Positions 7,390 through 14,727 of a stretch of 33,392 nt of DNA are shown here, in pieces. The translations under genes and the position numbers were made by a program. The stretch is from a virus (lineage: Duplodnaviria; Caudoviricetes): positions 1-33,392 of the IMG/VR virus record IMGVR_UViG_3300044850_000077; one strand, written 5' to 3'. The notes beneath the pieces were generated by a model, which saw only the letters and a program-made list of their open reading frames with translations, ran no database searches and was not told the origin of the DNA. Numbering within the stretch: the first letter of the stretch is position 1; every line of letters begins with the position of its first letter.

Positions 7390-7805
7390 AACTGCACCTC
7401 CAGCGATTCAAGATCGAACAACGAAGGCTGTAACAGGTTCGGGTATTTCCTTCTGGCCGCGCTGTCCATACAGCGGATCACTGCCGCAATAGACTTCACC
7501 TGCTGGACGTATTTCATGCGGAACTCCCAATACTCTTCCTCGGTCGCGCACAGGTAACGCCCACGCCCGTCGTTCAGGTTGAGGATGAGCCAGCCATGGT
7601 TTCGCAATCTTTCCACACTCTCCCGCACGCGGCGGTCATACACGTTCGTGTCATTACGCGGAAGGTCGAAACCTGCGCCGAAAATTTCAACCACCAGGTC
7701 CCAGCGCCTCACCGACCGCTCCTTCCCCTGGTGATCGCACAGGATGCGCTCGATCCGCTTGTCCAGTTCATCGTCTGTCAATTGGCTCTGCATCACATTC
7801 GTCAT
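7386..7805 (-). CDS. Putative winged-helix DNA-binding protein
   Basis: HQGKERSVRRWDLV...DRRVRESVERLRNHGWLILN...GRYLCATEEE pattern. Confidence 0.65.
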   Translation of the reverse strand: MTNVMQSQLTDDELDKRIERILCDHQGKERSVRRWDLVVEIFGAGFDLPRNDTNVYDRRVRESVERLRNHGWLILNLNDGRGRYLCATEEEYWEFRMKYVQQVKSIAAVIRCMDSAARRKYPNLLQPSLFDLESLEVQL

Positions 7806-7893
7806 GGTTCTCTTCCTTCCCTACAGCCTGGGCGCCATCCGCACAGACTGCCAGGAGGCTTGCCGCAGTTTTATGGGGGTGGCTCTTCCTCTT

Positions 7894-7923
7894 GACTGGG
7901 CGGGTTCTCCCACCCGCCCAGTC
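7894..7923. promoter_or_regulatory. 12-bp perfect hairpin in an early-operon intergenic region
   Basis: gactgggcgggt-tctccc-acccgcccagtc, extendable by imperfect flanking pairing. Confidence 0.5.
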
Positions 7924-7969
7924 TCAAAAGGAGGAGTCTCACCGCCAAAACGGGAACTGCCTCATCCCG

Positions 7970-8218
7970 CTATGGCTGATCAATATCGTTCTCGTCCATA
8001 AAATCCTGTGGACCCGCTTCCACAAGTTTCAACTCGATCTCGTTCGCCGCATTCCCGATCCGTGTCAACCTCAACGACAACTCCAAACTCGGCACACCCG
8101 CCCCTCGTTCCATCACATCCAGCATCGGCAATATCTGTTGCTTGATCCTGCGCGCCAGTGCGATCGCATCCATTCGCGCATGTTCGGCTTCGTTGGGCCA
8201 TCGCTTCCGTGGCGTCAT
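7970..8218 (-). CDS. Hypothetical protein (82 aa)
   Basis: ORF in early-operon orientation. Confidence 0.6.
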   Translation of the reverse strand: MTPRKRWPNEAEHARMDAIALARRIKQQILPMLDVMERGAGVPSLELSLRLTRIGNAANEIELKLVEAGPQDFMDENDIDQP

Positions 8219-8286
8219 CCCAAACCTGCCCGAACCTTCCCCAAATCCAGCCCGTTCATGACTTGCCTCTCGATTCGGGTTACGCT

Positions 8287-8358
8287 CTACCTAAGCGACC
8301 ATTCCATGCAGACCCATACGATCAAAAGCAAAACAAACCCCTGCGCAAGGATCATCAT
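8287..8358 (-). CDS. Putative hydrophobic micropeptide (23 aa)
   Basis: MMILAQGFVLLLIVWVCMEWSLR, ATGA-coupled to the upstream regulator gene. Confidence 0.4.
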   Translation of the reverse strand: MMILAQGFVLLLIVWVCMEWSLR

Positions 8359-8669
8359 ACGAACTCCTTTTTCGGTCTGGCTTTCACAGTCGGCAGTTGC
8401 CCTTTGCTGGCATACACCCTCATGCACGTCGGGCAAAAATACCCCGCACGCATCACAGATTTCGTCAGCGTCGCCCCGCCAAAAAATGTCTCGATCTGCA
8501 CGGCCTGCTTTACATGCTCACACTCAGGCAGTTCACGCCCCGCCCATTGCGCCACCTGCGCCCCCATGCCCCGTTCTCCAAAACCGTTCGCCTCCGAAAT
8601 CAACCTCACACGCTCATATACCTCGGGTCGAACGGGGATGGTCTTGTAAATCACTTTGTCTTTTTTCAT
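8355..8669 (-). CDS. Cro-position regulator (RHH-like N-terminus, Cys/His C-terminus)
   Basis: YKTIPVRPEVYERVRLIS strand-helix pattern; CEH...CPTC; first gene divergent from the repressor. Confidence 0.65.
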   Translation of the reverse strand: MKKDKVIYKTIPVRPEVYERVRLISEANGFGERGMGAQVAQWAGRELPECEHVKQAVQIETFFGGATLTKSVMRAGYFCPTCMRVYASKGQLPTVKARPKKEFV

Positions 8670-8676
8670 TCAGGAA

Positions 8677-8778
8677 ATGTCCTATGGGTTATTTTTTATT
8701 GCCTATAGGTCATTATAGGCAATTACAATTATTTGTCAAGAGGCAATTTTGTGATCCCCAAAGGTCATTGCCTAGGAT
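8677..8778. promoter_or_regulatory. Lysis/lysogeny switch: divergent promoters and three operator-like boxes
   Basis: Leftward TTGACA(8739-8734)-16-TATAAT(8717-8712). Possible rightward TTGTGA(8749-8754)-18-TAGGAT(8773-8778). ATGACC-N4-GGTCAT-like boxes at 8677-8692, 8698-8713 and 8753-8768. Confidence 0.75.
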
Positions 8779-8796
8779 GTAACATTCTTTTGCCAA

Positions 8797-9144
8797 ATGG
8801 AAAAAATAGATTTTGCTGATTGGCTTCGCGCAGAGATTGAAGAACGTGGATGGTCTCAATCTGACCTGGCTCGCACGAGCAAAATATCGCCAACACAAAT
8901 TGCTCGAATCTTGTCGAGAGAACGAAATGCAGGTAATGAAGCGATTGTTGCAATCGCTCATGCCTTCAAACTTCCCCCGGAGCAGGTATATCGTGCGGCA
9001 GGCATTCTCCCGCCTGCGCCTGAGATCAACGAGATCATCGAGCAAATTCTGCACGAGACGCAAGACATGCCTGAAATGGACCAGCAGGAAATCCTTGCCT
9101 TCATCCGCATGAAGAACAATCTTCGCGCCAGCCGTAAAAAATAA
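8797..9144 (+). CDS. XRE-family CI-like repressor (no S24 peptidase domain)
   Basis: FADWLRAEIEERGWSQSDLARTSKISPTQIARILSRER HTH. Confidence 0.88.
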   Translation: MEKIDFADWLRAEIEERGWSQSDLARTSKISPTQIARILSRERNAGNEAIVAIAHAFKLPPEQVYRAAGILPPAPEINEIIEQILHETQDMPEMDQQEILAFIRMKNNLRASRKK

Positions 9145-9254
9145 TGCCGCCCTCCACTGTTCACAATCCCGATCTCGGCGTTGCCTTCGTCATCATGATC
9201 TTTATCGTTGTCTTGCTCACGACCATCTTCCCTGAAAAGCCAGGTTCCAAATGA
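9144..9254 (+). CDS. Small TM peptide (36 aa)
   Basis: MPPSTVHNPDLGVAFVIMIFIVVLLTTIFPEKPGSK; TAATG overlap with the repressor and ATGA overlap with the next ORF. Confidence 0.6.
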   Translation: MPPSTVHNPDLGVAFVIMIFIVVLLTTIFPEKPGSK

Positions 9255-9418
9255 CCACCCACGAACTCATCGCCGCCCTCCTTCGATCCCACTCCGAAGA
9301 CCTGCATGTCATTGCCCAATACGTTGCCTGGCTAAAAGTCCGCCGCCATGTTCACAACGCCTTTTATCGCACACCAGCGCACTGGGTCCAGCCCGTCAAA
9401 ACAATCCACTGGGTCTGA
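9251..9418 (+). CDS. Small hypothetical protein (55 aa)
   Basis: MTTHELIAALLRSHSEDLHVIAQYVAWLKVRR...; ATGA-coupled. Confidence 0.6.
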   Translation: MTTHELIAALLRSHSEDLHVIAQYVAWLKVRRHVHNAFYRTPAHWVQPVKTIHWV

Positions 9419-9438
9419 AATAAAAGAAAGGGGTAAGC

Positions 9439-10092
9439 ATGAAAGTTATTCAATTCGACTCAACGTATGAAAACCCATACCCGCTTCAAGTAGTGGGGGA
9501 GGCGTCTTATCGGGACGAGATCGAGTCGATTTTCGGGTATGTAGATGAAACTGAAGGGGTCGATGACGACTATTTTCTGGCGCGACTGATACTGGAAGAT
9601 GACAACAAGAATGATCCTGGCAATGCAGTCAGGGTCGAGATTGAGGGAAGAACTGTCGGATATCTATCCAAACCAAACGCAAAACTGTATCGGGAACAAC
9701 TCCAAAAATCAGGCTTGGAAAATGTTATCGGCGAATGCCATGCAAGCATCAAAGGCGGCTTTATCAAAAGAGATGAAGAGTTGGCTGACTTCGGTGTCCG
9801 TCTGGACATGGATATCCAGTCACTTGGCTATCACATTACCCCAACCCTGAAAACGTCCGCATCGACTCCCAGGGTAAAAAAGACGACAGCATCACCGCCG
9901 CCAAAAAACAAGACAAAAACGAAATCGAAATATAAAATTCCTTTCATACCCATGAACGGAAAGGGAGTTCTTTATTTTTTGTTTGTCCTTCCAGTCGTGC
10001 TCTCTCTCAATATGATTATTCTGATTGTCGCTGGAATGGTGTTCGCCGTGATGTGGATCGCCGATCTATTGTCCAAAAAAGATACGAAATAG
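9439..10092 (+). CDS. HIRAN-domain protein with C-terminal membrane anchor
   Basis: LQVVGEASY...ARLILEDDNKNDPGNAVRVEIEGRTVGYL (HIRAN-like), Lys/Pro linker, long hydrophobic C-terminus. Confidence 0.75.
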   Translation: MKVIQFDSTYENPYPLQVVGEASYRDEIESIFGYVDETEGVDDDYFLARLILEDDNKNDPGNAVRVEIEGRTVGYLSKPNAKLYREQLQKSGLENVIGECHASIKGGFIKRDEELADFGVRLDMDIQSLGYHITPTLKTSASTPRVKKTTASPPPKNKTKTKSKYKIPFIPMNGKGVLYFLFVLPVVLSLNMIILIVAGMVFAVMWIADLLSKKDTK

Positions 10093-10178
10093 ACAGGCCA
10101 GATATTGCACCTGTTGGGTCGTCACTCTCCTGACTGCAAAGATACAAAAATGCAGTGATCCTCGATGTCATATCACGC

Positions 10179-10214
10179 CCGTGAGGTCGAGAGTTCGAAT
10201 CTCTCCGCCCCGAC
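10179..10214 (+). other. attP core: 3' half of a tRNA-Pro gene
   Basis: CCGTG-AGGTC-GAGAG-TTCGAAT-CTCTC-CGCCCCG-AC gives the anticodon-stem 3' strand, variable loop, perfect T arm and a Pro-type acceptor strand. No 5' half; lies next to xis/int. Confidence 0.85.
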
Positions 10215-10259
10215 TCTTTTTGGAACTTTGTGCGCCATCCGTGCGAAGTTCCAAAAAGA
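10215..10259. promoter_or_regulatory. 14-bp perfect inverted repeat directly after the attP core
   Basis: tctttttggaactt (10215-10228) / aagttccaaaaaga (10246-10259), extendable by G-U pairs. Confidence 0.6.
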
Positions 10260-10276
10260 AAATTGAATAACATCTA

Positions 10277-10343
10277 GCTTCAGGAGAGCGAAATGCCGCA
10301 GAAGGCGACGACCCCGTCGCATTTTTCTGTTTCATCCTGGAGC
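10277..10343 (+). terminator. Nested hairpin/terminator occluding the xis SD
   Basis: gcgacg/cgtcgc followed by ATTTTTCT; outer stem gcttcagga/tcctggagc contains GGAG. Confidence 0.5.
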
Positions 10344-10347
10344 AAAT

Positions 10348-10761
10348 ATGAGAAAACCCCTACTCAAACATCGGCATATTATCAAACTGGCGCGCCTGCT
10401 CGACATGCTCTATAAGCCAGGCGAAATTGCCGAAGAGCTGGGCGTTACTGTGGACACAGTCTATCGGTCGTATCTGCCCGCAGGACTCCCACACGCACGC
10501 GGGGCGAAAGGAGAAATCTGGATTCACGGTCCTGCCTTTGTCGCCTGGGCACGCGAAACCATATCTGGAAAACGAAACAAACGCGCAGGCTTGCCCGATG
10601 ACCAGGCATGGTGCCTCAAATGCGCCCGTCCAGTGGCGCTCATCTCCCCGAAAATAAGATCAGTCAATCGCTATATTGAACTCATGCAGTCACAGTGTCC
10701 CATCTGTGGGCGGACCGTCAATCGCGCCCGCGCCCGTCGGCGAGAACGGGAGCAGAAATGA
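10348..10761 (+). CDS. Excisionase-like HTH protein with C-terminal Zn ribbon
   Basis: YKPGEIAEELGVTVDTVYRSYLPAGLP HTH; WCLKC...CPICG; coupled to the integrase. Confidence 0.65.
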   Translation: MRKPLLKHRHIIKLARLLDMLYKPGEIAEELGVTVDTVYRSYLPAGLPHARGAKGEIWIHGPAFVAWARETISGKRNKRAGLPDDQAWCLKCARPVALISPKIRSVNRYIELMQSQCPICGRTVNRARARRREREQK

Positions 10762-11735
10762 TCCACCGCCAGAACTACCTCGATATCCGTGCCTACCTGA
10801 ATCATGCCGGGCGAGTTCGGCAAAACGATCCCAAAACCGTCTCCCGTTACTGGAACGCCTTGCGTCATCTCCTCGTATGGGCAGACGAATATCCGCTCAT
10901 CAAAGCCCGTTCCATTGATCCAACCTTTCCCGCCTATCTGTGCGACAGGCTGACTCCCGCCTCCATTGCCAAGACCCTGATGACTGCCCGCCAGTTTTTT
11001 GCTTTTGCAGGCTCAGAGTGGTCGCGCCGCTATAAACCGATTTCCGACTCATGGATCGAATCCCTTGTTCCGCCGCGTCACGCCCATCCGCTTGCCCGCT
11101 TGCGTGTTCGTGAATTCTGGACTCTGGAAAATGTCCGCAAAGTCGCATCCATTCCCACCGAGACGTTGCGTGAAGAACGCGGCAAGGTTGCTGTCTGTAT
11201 CTTGTTCCTGAGCGGAATGCGCGCCGATGCCCTGGCATCCCTGCCTCTCTCATGTATGGATCTGGATCGTAACGCTGTCTATCAACTCCCCGAACGCGGC
11301 GTCCGCACAAAAAACCACAAAGCCGCCGTCACCTATCTGCTCCAGGTGCAGGACATACTCGCTGTCGTTCGCCATTGGGATCGAAAACTTCGTTCTGCCG
11401 TTCATTCTCAAAATGGGTTGGGGGATCGTTACCTGTGGTATTCCCCTCTCACCTCCGATGGCATGGATTTTCATCTCATCGAAAACGCCTTTGCCGAACG
11501 TCATCATGTCATTGCCGAAGATGTCAAATTGATTTGCGCCAGAGCCTCCGTGCCCTATCTTTCCCCGCACAAACTTCGTCACGGGCACGCCGTCTACGCA
11601 CTCAAACGCGCTTCCAATATTGCCCAACTCAAGGCGGTCTCGCAAAACCTCATGCACGAATCGCTCGTCACCACAGATCAGATTTACGGCAGGTTGATCA
11701 ACGACGACGTGCAGGAGATCATCCTGCACCTATGA
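10758..11735 (+). CDS. int: Phage tyrosine integrase
   Basis: LSGMRADAL, RTKNHK, PHKLRHGH, LMHES, QIYG catalytic set; start ATG 10758 (ATGA overlap); adjacent to attP. Confidence 0.9.
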   Translation: MIHRQNYLDIRAYLNHAGRVRQNDPKTVSRYWNALRHLLVWADEYPLIKARSIDPTFPAYLCDRLTPASIAKTLMTARQFFAFAGSEWSRRYKPISDSWIESLVPPRHAHPLARLRVREFWTLENVRKVASIPTETLREERGKVAVCILFLSGMRADALASLPLSCMDLDRNAVYQLPERGVRTKNHKAAVTYLLQVQDILAVVRHWDRKLRSAVHSQNGLGDRYLWYSPLTSDGMDFHLIENAFAERHHVIAEDVKLICARASVPYLSPHKLRHGHAVYALKRASNIAQLKAVSQNLMHESLVTTDQIYGRLINDDVQEIILHL

Positions 11736-11770
11736 CCTCGACCGCGCCCCTGAACGCGGTCGAGGCTTTT
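11736..11770 (+). terminator. Rho-independent terminator between convergent int and tail genes
   Basis: cctcgaccgcg/cgcggtcgagg 11-bp stem followed by CTTTT. Confidence 0.8.
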
Positions 11771-11791
11771 AAATTAAGAATTCACCAATCA

Positions 11792-12403
11792 CTAACCAGA
11801 CAACCGAACTATGGAAAGATTGCTGTTTTCGAGATCGCTGTGCAAACTGTCGATCAATGTGAACATATCTATATTGATCGTTCCCGTAGTTGCGAAGTAA
11901 TGCGAACCAGTTGCCACGCCTGACCAATTCAGTTGCCCGCTGGCTTTCTGGTCCGCTGTCAGATAGATGCCATACGTCGAAGCCATACTGTCATCGTACA
12001 CCCACAGAATCGACTGAGGGGTACCAGAAGAACTTGACAACGTGAATCTGAAACTGGCAAAAAACACGTAAAGACCAGGCTCGGTTATATATATATATCC
12101 ATCAGCCTTGTCGGTAACATCCCAGCAACTGCCTCGATTATGAACAACTGTTGATAAATCAACTTCCCCGCCCGCTCCGATTGTCGTGCTTGCCGCCTGA
12201 AGGTGGATGTGAGGGAACGGGTCTATTCCTCCTCCCCCCCCGCCTGTTCCGCCTCCATAACTCCCGCTACCATACCCCGAAGGGAACGTCGGGATCGATC
12301 CCGACGCCACGCTGGCTACATATTTATCCAGGCGCGTCTGCGCAAACGCCCCCGCGGATTGATACTGCGTCCTGCCCCTGCGTTTCTTGCGTATCGGACT
12401 CAC
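11792..12403 (-). CDS. Putative receptor-binding/tail-tip protein with C1q/TNF-like C-terminal domain
   Basis: Gly-rich linker, then GYIYITEPGLYVFFASFRF...NLSIVRL beta-sandwich pattern; last tail gene. Confidence 0.6.
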   Translation of the reverse strand: MSPIRKKRRGRTQYQSAGAFAQTRLDKYVASVASGSIPTFPSGYGSGSYGGGTGGGGGGIDPFPHIHLQAASTTIGAGGEVDLSTVVHNRGSCWDVTDKADGYIYITEPGLYVFFASFRFTLSSSSGTPQSILWVYDDSMASTYGIYLTADQKASGQLNWSGVATGSHYFATTGTINIDMFTLIDSLHSDLENSNLSIVRLSG

Positions 12404-13371
12404 GCCTCATCCTCCTCTACATACTCAGCCTTCTGCACAAAGAAGGGCCTCATCGCGGAGATGCCCCCCAGCGTATCAGGCACGCCCTTCACGCGCACCC
12501 ACACCGCATTCAAACAGTTCTCAGGTTCCACCAGTTTTCCCTGCAATGTTTCCAGCATCCCATCAGGTCGCATGATGTATTCGGTTGTCTCTGCGATCTG
12601 TTCATAGACGTGCAGGTATCTGTTTTTATCCACGTATGCCAGCAGGGGACGCGCGTTCGTCGTGCCTGCGTTCAACAACTCCATGATATAAGCCAGCCCA
12701 TTGTTCGATCCGTCGCGTGTCGGCACAGATGTCATGCCTGCCGTGTTTTCGACGACCGTTCCATTGATGAATTGCCCGCACGCCGTCACGATGTCGCTGA
12801 CCTGCGTCGTGTTCTCCACCGCGCTCGTCGCCACGTTCGTATAATATTTCCATGCCAGCGTCTTCCACCAGCCATAACACTCGATGATGATCTGCGACTG
12901 CCCGCCTGAAAGCTCCAGTTCAGGCACCGCATATTTATGAGACCCCAGGTACGTGTTGCGATACCCCTCCGCCTCCGACTGGCTCGCATTGCTCAGGTTG
13001 ATGAAAAACTGCTTCGTTCCATACTCCGTGGTGGACTGCGTGTCGAGCGCGGCGGCGGTCGTCCCGCCGCTATATTTGATGCTGATCGAATTGTACAATT
13101 CATCCAATCCCAGCCCCACGCGTATCTTCCCATGCGGGATCGTCACACGGTTCACATACCCCCACCATTTGATCCCGCCATCGTCGCCATAGATTTCGAT
13201 CGGGCATCGCAACAACTTCGTCAGTTCCCATTTCTCTGCCAGCGGTTGCACACGCAGGATCGCCGCTTCGGGTCCGCCGATCATGTTCCACGAATACCGC
13301 TCCAGTTCGATGTCCAGGTTGAACGAGATCGTACCGTTGAAATCACGGTTATAGAAAACGATATTGCCCAT
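12400..13371 (-). CDS. Tail hub (Tal-like) protein
   Basis: Position after the Dit-like gene; YSWNMIGG, WWGYVNRV, STTEYGTKQ motifs. Confidence 0.65.
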   Translation of the reverse strand: MGNIVFYNRDFNGTISFNLDIELERYSWNMIGGPEAAILRVQPLAEKWELTKLLRCPIEIYGDDGGIKWWGYVNRVTIPHGKIRVGLGLDELYNSISIKYSGGTTAAALDTQSTTEYGTKQFFINLSNASQSEAEGYRNTYLGSHKYAVPELELSGGQSQIIIECYGWWKTLAWKYYTNVATSAVENTTQVSDIVTACGQFINGTVVENTAGMTSVPTRDGSNNGLAYIMELLNAGTTNARPLLAYVDKNRYLHVYEQIAETTEYIMRPDGMLETLQGKLVEPENCLNAVWVRVKGVPDTLGGISAMRPFFVQKAEYVEEDEA

Positions 13372-14727
13372 CTACAACACGCTCCGCCGCGGGCGATACC
13401 ACAGCTTCACCTTCCAGGTCTGGTCTACTTTGGCTTCACCGTCCTTGTCGCAGGTGTTGAAGTACAACCGCTGGTCCTTGTTCGGCACCAGATGGATTGG
13501 TCCGCCATAATCGCTGAACTCCGAGATCAACTTCGCGCTCGTGTCGGTGCGATAGGTAAAATTCTCGATGTCGTCGTGCGTCAAAAACTCCTGGTAGGCC
13601 GCGCCATCATCCACCGACAGGAATCGCTTCCAGCCTGAATCGCCAGAGATTGGCGAGAGTTGTAAATAATCCAGCGGGATCGAATGCGTCCCCGATTGGT
13701 TTCGATACCCATACATCTTCAACTGCAAATCCTTGATCGAAGCCTGCCCCGCCAGGTATGGCGGAATCCGCAAAACATCCAGCAAAGCCAGCTCACGCGT
13801 CGATGACACGATCGAAAGATTGCCGCTCCATAATACTTTGTCGTTCGCGGTCATCAACTTCAGGCGTATCCACGCGTTCGTATAGGGGAACAATCCCCGC
13901 CAGCGCGCCAGTACCGCAAACCTGCCTCCTGCCGCGTTCGTCACCAGCGTATTCGAGAGCGCCCAGGTCGCGATCAATGTTTCGGTCGTCGCCGTCCACG
14001 CCAGCGTCGCGTACATATCCTCCGAGCTGGTCGTGTCCGCGCCCGAATCCGTCACCGTCGCGCCTGTGGCATCCTCCGCTTCGAGCACATGGTCGAACGC
14101 GCTCGGGTTCGAGTACACATTATGCCAGGTGTAAAATTCCTTGCACGCATCTGCGCCGCTTTTCGTATGCTCCAACTGCAACTTGATCGGCGCGGGCAGG
14201 TCCCCGATCACATCCGCCGAATCCACATCCACGAAATTCTCAGCGGTCGAATCATACGCATTCGTGATCGTGATCCCGCTCGTGTTCCCGCTTGCCGAAG
14301 CGTTGCTCAACGGCACCTGCGTCAATGCCCCCTCCCAGAACGGCTCGCGCGTGATGTGCAGGATGCCATAGATGTATGCCGTTTCCCAGGTACTGCCGAT
14401 CGTGTCCTCGACCAGTTCGATATATCCGTCAACGACCATGCTTCGGTAATACGTTCCAGAACTGTCTGGGTCATATTCCAGGTAGACTCTTGACCCTGTT
14501 TCCGTCCTGCGAAAATTGCGCGCCTGCTCGAGCAGTTGGTTCACCCCGTTGAAGTTCGCCTTGTTCACTGTCGAACTGCCAACAAAACCAATGCGCGCCT
14601 GGTCTTCGACGTTCTTTCCCTGCGATGCCGTGACGACAGGCTTGTATTGCATCAGCCTGATATCATCGCCCGCCGAAAAGTTGATGACCGTCCCGCCGCT
14701 TGAAATTCTCAATAATGATGTGGTCAT
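13372..14727 (-). CDS. Distal tail (Dit-like) protein with insertion
   Basis: Directly after the tape measure gene; REPFWEG, GDLPAPIKL, C-terminal WYRPRR. Confidence 0.65.
   Translation of the reverse strand: MTTSLLRISSGGTVINFSAGDDIRLMQYKPVVTASQGKNVEDQARIGFVGSSTVNKANFNGVNQLLEQARNFRRTETGSRVYLEYDPDSSGTYYRSMVVDGYIELVEDTIGSTWETAYIYGILHITREPFWEGALTQVPLSNASASGNTSGITITNAYDSTAENFVDVDSADVIGDLPAPIKLQLEHTKSGADACKEFYTWHNVYSNPSAFDHVLEAEDATGATVTDSGADTTSSEDMYATLAWTATTETLIATWALSNTLVTNAAGGRFAVLARWRGLFPYTNAWIRLKLMTANDKVLWSGNLSIVSSTRELALLDVLRIPPYLAGQASIKDLQLKMYGYRNQSGTHSIPLDYLQLSPISGDSGWKRFLSVDDGAAYQEFLTHDDIENFTYRTDTSAKLISEFSDYGGPIHLVPNKDQRLYFNTCDKDGEAKVDQTWKVKLWYRPRRSVL

Noticed and set aside
8215-8259. 14-codon ORF MNGLDLGKVRAGLG coupled to the 82-aa gene
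   Set aside because: It has a weak SD and an ATGA overlap, but is too short to support without homologues.
7892-8782. 296-aa + strand ORF and other long antisense ORFs (e.g. 2419-3213, 15892-16767, 12151-12909)
   Set aside because: Shadow frames opposite well-supported coupled genes, with no recognisable motifs or SD.
10141-10216. Complete tRNA gene
   Set aside because: Only the 3' half is present; there is no D arm or 5' acceptor strand. Interpreted as attP.
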